Source: an uncultured delta proteobacterium (GTDB lineage Bacteria; Desulfobacterota; BSN033; UBA1163). Taken from it: a stretch of DNA of 64,000 bases. The stretch lies in contig CAWHBU010000002.1 of NCBI GenBank assembly GCA_963827685.1, positions 288,001 to 352,000 of the forward strand, read 5' to 3'. The notes beneath the pieces were generated by a model, which was given only the letters and a program-made list of their open reading frames with translations, did no database searches and had not been told where the DNA came from. Made by a program: the position numbers and the translations under genes. The first letter of the stretch is position 1; every line of letters begins with the position of its first letter. Shown piece by piece: positions 48,940 through 58,596 of this stretch.

Positions 48940-50679
48940 ATGAAAAAAAGTTGCATTTTTTGGGTGAGTATTTTGATATTTGTCTTAGCGGGTTTGTTTT
49001 GCACCACCCTGTGTAGCGCTAGCATACTTATAGTATCTCCCCATCCCGATGATGACGTACTTATGGCTGCAGGCATTGTATACCGAGCAAAGCAAGATAA
49101 TAGCAACGCTGTTATCAAGATAGTTTATATGACAAACGGTGACTACACCGGTGGTACTGCGATGGGGATTACTAGGGAAGGAGAGGCTGTAGCGGGCCAA
49201 AGCGTTCTCGGGATACAAGAGAATAATTTGATTTTTTTGGGTTATCCTGATGCGTATTTATATACAATATTTAATGATTACCCTCCCACAGATCAAACCG
49301 ACTACTTGACAACACCAAATAATAGCCTATATCAAACTTATGGAAGCCGTGGATTGGGCGGCTCGGATTATCATTACTACAGATTCGGATCCCATGCACT
49401 TTATAACAGTTACTACATACTCATGGATCTTAAAGATATTATTACTACTTATAACCCAGACCATATATTTGTCACTTGTGAATTCGATTCTCATCCTGAT
49501 CACAGTACAACATACCAATTCGTGCAGCTTGCAATAGCGGCCGTTCATAGCAGTAACCCGAACTATACTCCTACTGTTCACAAAACGATCATAGAGTGGT
49601 CACAGACTGCGTACACTTGGCCAGACCCTATCGATCCGACTGCGTATTTTACTGAGCCTCCGGAATTATCCACCTATACGAATCTTAACTGGAGCTCGAG
49701 AGAAAGCATCGATGTTCCATTATTGATGCAGTCAACCGATTACACAGTTAATCCAAAATACCTTGCGCTTTCAGCCCATGTGTCCCAAGGAGGAGGCAGC
49801 GGTGGGCCCGATCACAGCTTCTTGGGCAGATTCGTCCATAAAGATGAGTTTTTTTGGACCGAAAACCTTGTGGGAAGTAATCATCCGCCCGTACCCAATG
49901 CAGGCACCGATCAGACGGTTAATGGAGGGGTTGTGGTTACACTGGATGGATCTGGTAGTTTTGATCCGGACAGTAATCCTCTGTCTTTTCAATGGTCACA
50001 AATTGGAGGTATTCCAGTCACGTTGTCAAATGCGAACACTGCGCATCCCACTTTTACGTCCCCCACTGGTTTGACGCAGGATGCAGTCTTGAGTTTTGAA
50101 CTTGTTGTAAATGACGGCACGGTGAGCAGTATACCAGATTCGGTTACTGTTACTGTGAAAGCGGCAAACGGTTATGGGAATATCGCTCCCTTGGCAACCG
50201 TGACGTGTTCAAGTCAAAACCTTCCCGATCAGGGTTGTGTTAAGGCGGTGGATGGGGTTGTAGATGGGTATCCTCATGACCCCACAAAGGAGTGGGCCAC
50301 GGTTGGTGAGGGGGCTGGGGCATGGATTCAGTTGGATTGGCCGATTTTTTATGTGGTGGACCGGGTCGTTCTTCATGATCGAATAAACCTTAGCGATCAG
50401 GTCATGGCAGGAACCTTGATTTTTAGTGATGGTTCAACGGTTCCGGTGGGAACTTTGAACAACGATGGAACGGGAACCGAAGTTACTTTTACAGCGACAG
50501 TGACTAATTCGCTTAGATTCAGAGTAGATGGAGTCAGTGCTAGTACCGGGAGCGTGGGGCTAGCCGAGATTGAGGTATACGGGTTCCCTCAGACCTATAC
50601 GGTGACAGCTTCAGTCGTTAACTCGTCAGGGGGTCTGTCACGCCAGCGAGCCAGACCGCCGGCTACGGCGGCACGGTGA
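48940..50679 (+). CDS. N-terminal part of a large secreted protein: signal peptide, PIG-L/LmbE-like deacetylase, PKD-like and discoidin-like domains (frameshifted from 50676-55082)
   Basis: AGGAG RBS and MKKS signal peptide; PHPDDD and HPDH; NAGTDQTV...LDGSGSFDPD; KAVDG...EIEVY. Confidence 0.85.
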   Translation: MKKSCIFWVSILIFVLAGLFCTTLCSASILIVSPHPDDDVLMAAGIVYRAKQDNSNAVIKIVYMTNGDYTGGTAMGITREGEAVAGQSVLGIQENNLIFLGYPDAYLYTIFNDYPPTDQTDYLTTPNNSLYQTYGSRGLGGSDYHYYRFGSHALYNSYYILMDLKDIITTYNPDHIFVTCEFDSHPDHSTTYQFVQLAIAAVHSSNPNYTPTVHKTIIEWSQTAYTWPDPIDPTAYFTEPPELSTYTNLNWSSRESIDVPLLMQSTDYTVNPKYLALSAHVSQGGGSGGPDHSFLGRFVHKDEFFWTENLVGSNHPPVPNAGTDQTVNGGVVVTLDGSGSFDPDSNPLSFQWSQIGGIPVTLSNANTAHPTFTSPTGLTQDAVLSFELVVNDGTVSSIPDSVTVTVKAANGYGNIAPLATVTCSSQNLPDQGCVKAVDGVVDGYPHDPTKEWATVGEGAGAWIQLDWPIFYVVDRVVLHDRINLSDQVMAGTLIFSDGSTVPVGTLNNDGTGTEVTFTATVTNSLRFRVDGVSASTGSVGLAEIEVYGFPQTYTVTASVVNSSGGLSRQRARPPATAAR

Positions 50680-53600
50680 CCTTCAGCGTGACAACGAATA
50701 ATGGCTATACGGCTTCGGTCTCTGAAGGGACGCTGGTGGGCGCTACCTGGACGATTACGAACGTCACCACGAGTCATACAGCGACCGTTACGTTCACCGC
50801 AATTACCTACACGGTGACAGCTTCAGTCGTTAACTCGTCAGGGGGCTCTGTCACGCCAGCGAGCCAGACCGCGGGCTACGGCGGCACGGTGACCTTTAGC
50901 GTCACAACGAATGCTGGCTATACGGCTTCGGTCTCTGAAGGGACGCTGGTGGGCGCTACCTGGACGATTACGAACGTCACCACCAGTCATACAGCGACCG
51001 TTACGTTCACCGCAATTACCTACACGGTGACAGCTTCAGTCGTTAACTCGTCAGGGGGCTCTGTCACGCCAGCGAGCCAGACTGCGGGCTATGGCGGCAC
51101 GGTGACCTTCAGCGTCACAACGAATAATGGCTATACGGCTTCGGTCTCTGAAGGGACGCTGGTGGGCGCTACCTGGACGATTACGAACGTCACCACGAGT
51201 CATACAGCGACCGTTACGTTCACCGCTATTACCTATACGGTGACAGCTTCAGTGGTTACCCCGTCAGGGGGCTCTGTCACGCCAGCGAGCCAGACCGCGG
51301 GCTATGGCGGCACGGTGACCTTTAGCGTCACAACGAATGCTGGCTATACGGCTTCGGTCTCTGAAGGGACGCTGGTGGGCGCTACCTGGACGATTACGAA
51401 CGTCACCACCAGTCATACAGCGACCGTTACGTTCACCGCAATTACCTACACGGTGACAGCTTCAGTCGTTAACTCGTCAGGGGGCTCTGTCACGCCAGCG
51501 AGCCAGACTGCGGGCTATGGCGGCACGGTGACCTTCAGCGTCACAACGAATAATGGCTATACGGCTTCGGTCTCTGAAGGGACGCTGGTGGGCGCTACCT
51601 GGACGATTACGAACGTCACCACGAGTCATACAGCGACCGTTACGTTCACCGCTATTACCTATACGGTGACAGCTTCAGTGGTTACCCCGTCAGGGGGCTC
51701 TGTCACGCCAGCGAGCCAGACCGCGGGCTATGGCGGCACGGTGACCTTCAGCGTCACAACGAATAATGGCTATACGGCTTTGGTCTCTGAAGGGACGCTG
51801 GTGGGCAGTACCTGGACGATTACGAACGTCACCACGAGTCATACAGCGACCGTCACGTTCACCGCTATTACCTACACGGTGACAGCTTCAGTCGTTAACT
51901 CGTCAGGGGGCTCTGTCACGCCAGCGAGCCAGACCGCGGGCTATGGCGGCACGGTGACCTTCAGCGTCGCAACGAATAATGGCTATACGGCTTCGGTCTC
52001 TGAAGGGACGCTGGTGGGCGCTACCTGGACGATTACGAACGTCACCACGAGTCATACAGCGACCGTTACGTTCACCGCTATTACCTATACGGTGACAGCT
52101 TCAGTGGTTAACTCGTCAGGGGGCTCTGTCACGCCAGCGAGCCAGACTGCGGGCTACGGCGGCACGGTGACCTTCAGCGTCGCAACGAATAATGGCTATA
52201 CGGCTTTGGTCTCTGAAGGGACGCTGGTGGGCGCTACCTGGACGATTACGAACGTCACCACGAGTCATACAGCGACCGTTACGTTCACCGCTATTACCTA
52301 TACGGTGACAGCTTCAGTGGTTACCCCGTCAGGGGGCTCTGTCACGCCAGCGAGCCAGACCGCGGGCTACGGCGGCACGGTGACCTTCAGCGTCGCAACG
52401 AATAATGGCTATACGGCTTCGGTCTCTGAAGGGACGCTGGTGGGCGCTACCTGGACGATTACGAACGTCACCACGAGTCATACAGCGACCGTTACGTTCA
52501 CCGCTATTACCTATACGGTGACAGCTTCAGTGGTTACCCCGTCAGGGGGCTCTGTCACGCCAGCGAGCCAGACCGCGGGCTACGGCGGCACGGTGACCTT
52601 CAGCGTCGCAACGAATAATGGCTATACGGCTTCGGTCTCTGAAGGGACGCTGGTGGGCGCTACCTGGACGATTACGAACGTCACCACGAGTCATACAGCG
52701 ACCGTTACGTTCACCGCTATTACCTATACGGTGACAGCTTCAGTGGTTACCCCGTCAGGGGGCTCGGTCACGCCAGCGAGCCAGACCGCGGGCTACGGCG
52801 GCACGGTGACCTTCACAGTGACAACGAATAATGGCTATACGGCTTCGGTCTCTGAAGGGAGCCTGGTGGGCAGTACCTGGACGATTACGAACGTCACCAC
52901 GAGTCATACAGCGACCGTTACGTTCACCGCTATTACCTACACGGTGACAGCCTCAGTCGTTAACTCGTCAGGGGGCTCGGTCACGCCAGCGAGCCAGACC
53001 GCGGGCTACGGCGGCACGGTGACCTTCACAGTGACAACGAATAATGGCTATACGGCTTCGGTCTCTGAAGGGAGCCTGGTGGGCGCTACCTGGACGATTA
53101 CGAACGTCACCACGAGTCATACAGCGACCGTTACGTTCACCGCTATTACCTACACGGTGACAGCTTCAGTCGTTAACTCGTCAGGGGGCTCGGTCACGCC
53201 AGCGAGCCAGACCGCGGGCTACGGCGGCACGGTGACCTTCACAGTGACAACGAATAATGGCTATACGGCTTCGGTCTCTGAAGGGAGCCTGGTGGGCGCT
53301 ACCTGGACGATTACGAACGTCACCACGAGTCATACAGCGACCGTTACGTTCACCGCTATTACCTACACGGTGACAGCTTCAGTCGTTAACTCGTCAGGGG
53401 GCTCGGTCACGCCAGCGAGCCAGACCGCGGGCTACAACGGCACGGTGACCTTCACAGTGACAACGAATAATGGCTATACGGCTTCGGTCTCTGAAGGGAG
53501 CCTGGTGGGCGCTACCTGGACGATTACGAACGTCACCACGAGTCATACAGCGACCGTTACTTTCACCGCTATTACCTACACGGTGACAGCTTCAGTTGTT

Positions 53601-53786
53601 ACCCCGTCAGGGGGCTCTGTTGCGCCAGCGAGCCAGACCGCGGGCTACAACGGCACGGTGACCTTCACCGTGACAACGAATAATGGCTATACGGCTTCGG
53701 TCTCTGAAGGGACGCTGGTGGGCAGTACCTGGACGATTACGAACGTCACCACGAGTCATACAGCGACCGTTACGTTCACCATTAAT
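50593..53786 (+). repeat. 15 near-identical 213-bp (71-aa) Thr/Val/Ser-rich tandem repeats (InlB B-repeat-like); the first copy lacks 1 nt
   Basis: Unit starts at 50593, 50805, 51018 and every 213 nt to 53574. Two related 213-bp units (GYHFVQWSDG) follow at 53787 and 54000. Confidence 0.95.
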
Positions 53787-55082
53787 ACCTACACCCTGAC
53801 CTACGATGCGGGGGCCAACGGCACGATCAGTGGGAGCAGTCCCCAGACAGTCAGCTACGGTGGAAGCGGGACAGCGGTGACGGCGGTTCCGGCCACGGGC
53901 TATCACTTTGTCCAGTGGAGCGACGGTTTAACAACCGCCTCGCGTACCGATACCAACGTCAAAGCGAATATTACGGTGACGGCCATCTTTGCCATTAATA
54001 CCTACACCCTGACCTACAATGCGGCGGCGCACGGCTCGATCAGTGGGAGCAGTCCCCAGACAGTCAGCTACGGCGGAAGTGGGACAGCGGTGACAGCGGT
54101 TCCGGCCACGGGCTATCACTTTGTCCAGTGGAGCGACGGTTTAACAACCGCCTCGCGTACCGATACGTACGTCACAGCGAACATTACGGTGATGGCCAGG
54201 TTTGCCATTAATATGTATGATGATTTTAACGGGGATGGTAAGTCAGATTTAGCTGGGATCGCTTCGAATGGACATATTTATTATACGACGGATCTTCAGA
54301 CCTGGACTCGAATCCTAGGGGCGCTTTCGCAATTGGTGATTGGGGATTTTAATGGGGATGGTCTAGCTGATTTAGCTGGGATCAATTCGAATGGGTCTAT
54401 TTATTATACGACGGATCTTCAGACCTGGACTCAAATCCCGGGAGTGCTTTCGCAATTGGTGATGGGGGATTTTAATGGGGATGGTAAGTCAGGTTTAGCT
54501 GGGATCAATTCGAATGGCTCTATTTATTATACGACGGATCTTCGGACCTGGACTCAAATCCCAGGGGTACTTTCGCAGTTGGTGGTGGGGGATTTTAATG
54601 GGGATGGTAAGTCAGGTTTAGCTGGGATCAATTCGAATGGGTCTATTTATTATACGACGGATCTTCGGACCTGGACTCAAATCCCAGGGGTACTTTCGCA
54701 GTTGGTGGTGGGGGATTTTAATGGGGATGGCCTAGCTGATTTAGCTGGGATCAATTCGAACGGATCTATTTATTATACGACGGACCTTCAGACCTGGACT
54801 CAAATCCCAGGGGTGCTTGAGGAATTGGTGGTGGGGGATTTTAATGGGGATGGCCTAGCTGATTTAGCTGGGATCAATTCGAACGGATCTATTTATTATA
54901 CGACGGATCTTGAGACCTGGACTCAAATCCCAGGGGTGCTTGAGGAATTGGTGGTTGGGGATTTTAATGGGGATGGTAAGTCAGATTTAGCTGGGATCAA
55001 TTCGAATGGCTCTATTTATTATACGACGGATCTTGAGACCTGGACTCAAATCCCAGGAGTGCTTTCAGAATTAGCCAAATAG
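50676..55082 (+). CDS. C-terminal part of the large secreted repeat protein (B-repeat stalk plus 7 FG-GAP/VCBS-like repeats)
   Basis: Continues the upstream ORF once the missing C near 50634 is restored (~2047 aa total). Confidence 0.85.
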   Translation: MTFSVTTNNGYTASVSEGTLVGATWTITNVTTSHTATVTFTAITYTVTASVVNSSGGSVTPASQTAGYGGTVTFSVTTNAGYTASVSEGTLVGATWTITNVTTSHTATVTFTAITYTVTASVVNSSGGSVTPASQTAGYGGTVTFSVTTNNGYTASVSEGTLVGATWTITNVTTSHTATVTFTAITYTVTASVVTPSGGSVTPASQTAGYGGTVTFSVTTNAGYTASVSEGTLVGATWTITNVTTSHTATVTFTAITYTVTASVVNSSGGSVTPASQTAGYGGTVTFSVTTNNGYTASVSEGTLVGATWTITNVTTSHTATVTFTAITYTVTASVVTPSGGSVTPASQTAGYGGTVTFSVTTNNGYTALVSEGTLVGSTWTITNVTTSHTATVTFTAITYTVTASVVNSSGGSVTPASQTAGYGGTVTFSVATNNGYTASVSEGTLVGATWTITNVTTSHTATVTFTAITYTVTASVVNSSGGSVTPASQTAGYGGTVTFSVATNNGYTALVSEGTLVGATWTITNVTTSHTATVTFTAITYTVTASVVTPSGGSVTPASQTAGYGGTVTFSVATNNGYTASVSEGTLVGATWTITNVTTSHTATVTFTAITYTVTASVVTPSGGSVTPASQTAGYGGTVTFSVATNNGYTASVSEGTLVGATWTITNVTTSHTATVTFTAITYTVTASVVTPSGGSVTPASQTAGYGGTVTFTVTTNNGYTASVSEGSLVGSTWTITNVTTSHTATVTFTAITYTVTASVVNSSGGSVTPASQTAGYGGTVTFTVTTNNGYTASVSEGSLVGATWTITNVTTSHTATVTFTAITYTVTASVVNSSGGSVTPASQTAGYGGTVTFTVTTNNGYTASVSEGSLVGATWTITNVTTSHTATVTFTAITYTVTASVVNSSGGSVTPASQTAGYNGTVTFTVTTNNGYTASVSEGSLVGATWTITNVTTSHTATVTFTAITYTVTASVVTPSGGSVAPASQTAGYNGTVTFTVTTNNGYTASVSEGTLVGSTWTITNVTTSHTATVTFTINTYTLTYDAGANGTISGSSPQTVSYGGSGTAVTAVPATGYHFVQWSDGLTTASRTDTNVKANITVTAIFAINTYTLTYNAAAHGSISGSSPQTVSYGGSGTAVTAVPATGYHFVQWSDGLTTASRTDTYVTANITVMARFAINMYDDFNGDGKSDLAGIASNGHIYYTTDLQTWTRILGALSQLVIGDFNGDGLADLAGINSNGSIYYTTDLQTWTQIPGVLSQLVMGDFNGDGKSGLAGINSNGSIYYTTDLRTWTQIPGVLSQLVVGDFNGDGKSGLAGINSNGSIYYTTDLRTWTQIPGVLSQLVVGDFNGDGLADLAGINSNGSIYYTTDLQTWTQIPGVLEELVVGDFNGDGLADLAGINSNGSIYYTTDLETWTQIPGVLEELVVGDFNGDGKSDLAGINSNGSIYYTTDLETWTQIPGVLSELAK
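54218..55079 (+). repeat. Seven 123-bp FG-GAP-like repeats (GDFNGDGKSDLAGINSNGSIYYTTDLQTWTQIPGVLSQLVV)
   Basis: 41-aa unit with a DxNGDG Ca-binding loop, seven copies. Confidence 0.92.
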
Positions 55083-55341
55083 AGGCTTGGGTGGACGCAT
55101 GGGAGGAGACATCCTATATTATTTCTGTCAAGAGAAAAAGTAAGAAAAATAAAACCTTTAAAAACAACAGATTCTAAATGACCGCTTGTCGCTGAGAACA
55201 CTTCTCCTGTCAAATTACTTCAAAGATTCTCTTGTTCTGGTTTCGACGAATTTCTCGCCCATAACGAACTCTGAATCTCAGCGTTATCATTATCCGGTGT
55301 GCCACACCCTGGTGGCCACCAAGCATCCTTTATCCAGATCC

Positions 55342-55740
55342 TTACAGTTTGGCCCTTACCCATGAGAATACCTCTTTTATCTCTTTCAACTTTTTATAGG
55401 GGTATAGGCTTTAGTGCATTTCTTATAGAACGCTTTATTTGCATCAGGCTATTGCGCCTCGAAATGAAATTCCATAAATTCACGTAGCTTGATGAGTATT
55501 CTTTCAGGGATCTTAACTCCTGATTTTTTTGCTAAGTAGGGAAGCGAATGGCTAAATGGAGCGTGTGTTTTTGTATATTTCACAACAAATGCCTTGAGAA
55601 GCTTTTCCAGTGATAGATGTCCCATGAAAAGTGGATATGGATACTTTTTTGCTCTTAAACATTGCATTGGCGACGCGCAAATCGTATTTAGCACCTTCAA
55701 GCCAGTAAGATAGTGTTTTCTCTATATCAAATGCTTTCAT
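55342..55740 (-). pseudogene. HEPN-domain protein, frameshifted and with a stop
   Basis: YWLEGAKYDL..A..MF, LFMGHLSLEKLLKA, HSLPYLA. The expected RYP reads Q*P; frameshifts in A-tracts. Confidence 0.75.
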
Positions 55741-56022
55741 TATTTTACGGGATTCTTTCGGTTGTTCTGCTGACATCCAATATACCCGAATCTCATTTGA
55801 ATGGCAAGGAGCTTGATGATTTCTCGAGATTCGCCGTTTTCGCTTTAGGGGCCTACAACTCTTAGGGGAGTATTTGGTTTTAATCAGCAAGGGTTGGAAA
55901 GAGCTCAATGCGGATAGGCCCACTCATTTGAGAAAATAATTTCCAAAAAATTTTAGATCTAATCCCTCCATATTGGCAGTTGAAAAGTATTTTCTTCTTT
56001 CAACTGTCACAAATAAAGACAC

Positions 56023-56056
56023 AAAAAAAGCCGGCAAGGTCCTTGCTGGCTTTTTT
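56023..56056. terminator. Rho-independent (bidirectional) terminator
   Basis: aaaaaaagccggcaagg-t-ccttgctggctttttt, just downstream of the minus-strand PEP-CTERM gene. Confidence 0.75.
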
Positions 56057-56075
56057 ATTAAGTGCTCAGGGGCTT

Positions 56076-56285
56076 TCATTTGTCCTTTGACTTCAAGACC
56101 TTTTTTCTTAACATAATACCCACTCCAAGCATTCCGAAACCCAAAAGGAATATGCTTACAGGTTCGGGGACTACTGATGCTATTGCGGTTTTGTCGGCTA
56201 TATGATGATTGATCGTATAGCTAAAAGCTTGATATGAAAAAAGCAGAATTAAAAACATACACCCGAACAAAAGCATTTTCTTCAC
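56076..56285 (-). CDS. Minimal PEP-CTERM protein
   Basis: AGGAGG RBS and GTG start; signal peptide; VPEP + TM (SIFLLGFGMLGVGIML) + RKK tail. Confidence 0.85.
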   Translation of the reverse strand: MKKMLLFGCMFLILLFSYQAFSYTINHHIADKTAIASVVPEPVSIFLLGFGMLGVGIMLRKKVLKSKDK

Positions 56286-56427
56286 TTTCTCCTCCTATCC
56301 TGGATCCGGGGTTGATCCATAAGTATAATGGTATTCCCGGAACATCTACCAGCAGCGACTATTTGTTATTCTCTCTGTTTATTCAGTTCTTTGTCTTGCA
56401 AATTTTTTATAGATTATAGGTTAAACT

Positions 56428-56443
56428 TGCAAATTTAGGGCCA
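56428..56443 (-). promoter_or_regulatory. sigma54 promoter of the PEP-CTERM gene
   Basis: Minus strand TGGCCC-taaat-TTGCA; IHF-like taactaattgttttt nearby. Confidence 0.7.
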
Positions 56444-56597
56444 GACATGCATTAAGTTATAACTAATTGTTTTTATAAGTTTATTTAATTTTGTCAATCT
56501 CCAACCATCATGGAAAGTGGAAGGAGTTTTCTCTTTTTTACCGATTGCTTTCCACAAAAAGTTGAAGAGTCTTTCCTATGTATCAAGAGCCCGTGAA

Positions 56598-56790
56598 GTG
56601 CATAGTGCATAGAGCATAGGGTAGATGCTCGTTTTAGGGGTAAGGCGTAAAAGGGTAAGGCGAAAAATCTTTCACCCACTCACGCCCTCGCAATTTACGG
56701 CTCGGGTGAGAAGGTGTTACCGTGGTGCGGTGTTGCAGTGGGGTTAAGATCACAAGGATTCAAGGTATCGAGGGGTCAAAGATTCAAGTG
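56598..56790. repeat. Reverse-complement block of four short-period repeat families also seen at 0.4-18 kb
   Basis: gcatagtgcatagagcatagg; gggtaaggcgtaaaagggtaaggcg; gtgttaccgtggtgcggtgttgcagtg; aaggattcaaggtatcgaggggtcaaagattcaagtg. Confidence 0.75.
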
Positions 56791-56904
56791 GCAAGACAAA
56801 TATAAGTGTTGTCACGATTTTGTCACGATTCTTGCATTTATCAACGAATCTTGGTAATATGCCTCCAGCCCTTAAACTATTTTACGAGTCAGTTGTTTAT
56901 CCGC

Positions 56905-57080
56905 CTACGCAGAAGACCACGGCCTTTGGCCGTGGATGAATGCGTAAATCGTTGCAGAATCTATCATAAGTGGAGGTTCGGCTGCTCCGGCGGATTTCGC
57001 TGTTGGCGGATAACCCGCCGAAGCCTTGGCGTAGGCGGGTATCTCACGGAGGGACCACGGGCTTTGCCCGTGGGGCTCCA
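56905..57080. mobile_element. Cluster of REP-like / IS200-IS605-end-like hairpins
   Basis: ccacggcctttggccgtgg (56917-56935), cccgccgaagccttggcgtaggcggg (~57014-57039), ccacgggctttgcccgtgg (57055-57073). Confidence 0.55.
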
Positions 57081-57098
57081 TCACATGAGGGAAGGATA

Positions 57099-57998
57099 AT
57101 GTCATTCAAGTACGGGATATTATGTATTGCTCTTTTCATTATTGTTCTCTTCCTCGCTATCAAGACTTATGATGCACTGACCCATCCTCTGAATCTGACG
57201 CTTGATAAGAGAGCAGCGAAAAAACCAGTGCCAAGAGCGGAGAATTCCCCAGCGATGGGAGTCGTAAAAAACCCCACATCCGCAGCATCCTATAATTTGA
57301 TCGCTGAGAAAAATATTTTTAGCCCGGAAAGAAAAGATTTCCAGCGGACGGGGCCCGGTTCCGCGTTGAATACTGTAGCAAGGCCTCAGGTCATCTTGTA
57401 TGGGGTCACGATTGCCGGGAATTACCAATCTGCCTCGCTGGTCAATCCTGGCAGATCCCTGAAAAAAGGGGAGAGGGATCTGATGACTTTAAAATTGGGG
57501 GAACAAATTGGGGAGTATAAGCTGACAAAAGTATTATCTGACCGGATCACTTTAGAGGCGCAGGGGGATAGCTTTGAAGTTCTTCTCTACGATCCCAAGG
57601 TGCCAAAGAAAAGAGAGGGTGGGCCTCCGGGGGTCCCTTCTCCAGCATTGACTCCAACGGGTACTCCAAGACCTTTTGTTCGCAGAGAGACAGCGCAACG
57701 ACCGAGAGAATAGACTCAGGAGAAGACTTCCCCTTCCCAGATGCCTGAGCCGGTGCTTCCTTCCGTCAGCCCTTGAACGACCCCCCGGGCCTTACTCCCA
57801 CAGCAATGCCTGGGCCGACTCCCAGGCCAATCCCTGGGCCTGCTCCCACACCAACGCAAACTCCTACTCCTTATGATACCAACCCCGATTGTGCCTCCGT
57901 TTACTCCTACACCTTTGACTCCACCCTCTGGAATGGGCCAGCCAATTCCTCTGCCATCCGGAGTCCCAATGCAACCGCCATCATCAGGAGGGAATTGA
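57099..57998 (+). pseudogene. GspC/PilP-like membrane-anchored protein whose Pro-rich tail is broken by stops and frameshifts (intact part 57099-57713)
   Basis: N-terminal TM, NIFSPER, LYGV...A...GEQIGEYKL..V..DRI (T2SS HR-like). Pro/Thr-rich coding continues past the TAG at 57711 in shifting frames. Confidence 0.55.
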
Positions 57999-58252
57999 AA
58001 AGAGGAGTCCTCAGCAAATGCGATCGGCGAGAATCGCATTCTCATACCCTTCAATCCTCTCTGCATTCCTCCGGTCATTTCTCCCTTCTTTGATCCCTTA
58101 ATAATTGGCGATTAGTCTTTTGTCACAACATTGTCAGTGGCTTGCAAAATTGTACCAAGATAGAGTGATAAAAATAAATCCATCCTTTACCCCGTTTAAT
58201 TCTAATTAATCCCATTTCTCTTGATAAAAAACAAAAATTGGTAGTCACTGCA

Positions 58253-58268
58253 TGGCATTCTTATTGCT
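58253..58268 (+). promoter_or_regulatory. sigma54 promoter
   Basis: TGGCAT-tctta-TTGCT upstream of 58597. Confidence 0.65.
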
Positions 58269-58596
58269 ACTCTTAGCCAACAACACATCTCTCAAACGGC
58301 ATCAGCTAACGCATCAACTAAAAGGGAAGATCAGGTAAGCAATGGGTGGTCAATTTTTTCAGTAGTGCTTAGGGTGTTTCTTTGATCGCTTTGGATGCCA
58401 CTTTGAACCCGCTTCAACTCGGAACCTAACTGTATAAGAACAATGAAGAATAATTATTAGAAAATTCTAACTTGACTTTGTTATTCCAATGATGGAAAGA
58501 AATTACATAATAGTGGCAAATCATTTCCAGTCCATTTGATTTTTTGGAGGGAAGAAAAATATTTTGTACCGAAAAAGGATTAAATGGAGGTAAATC

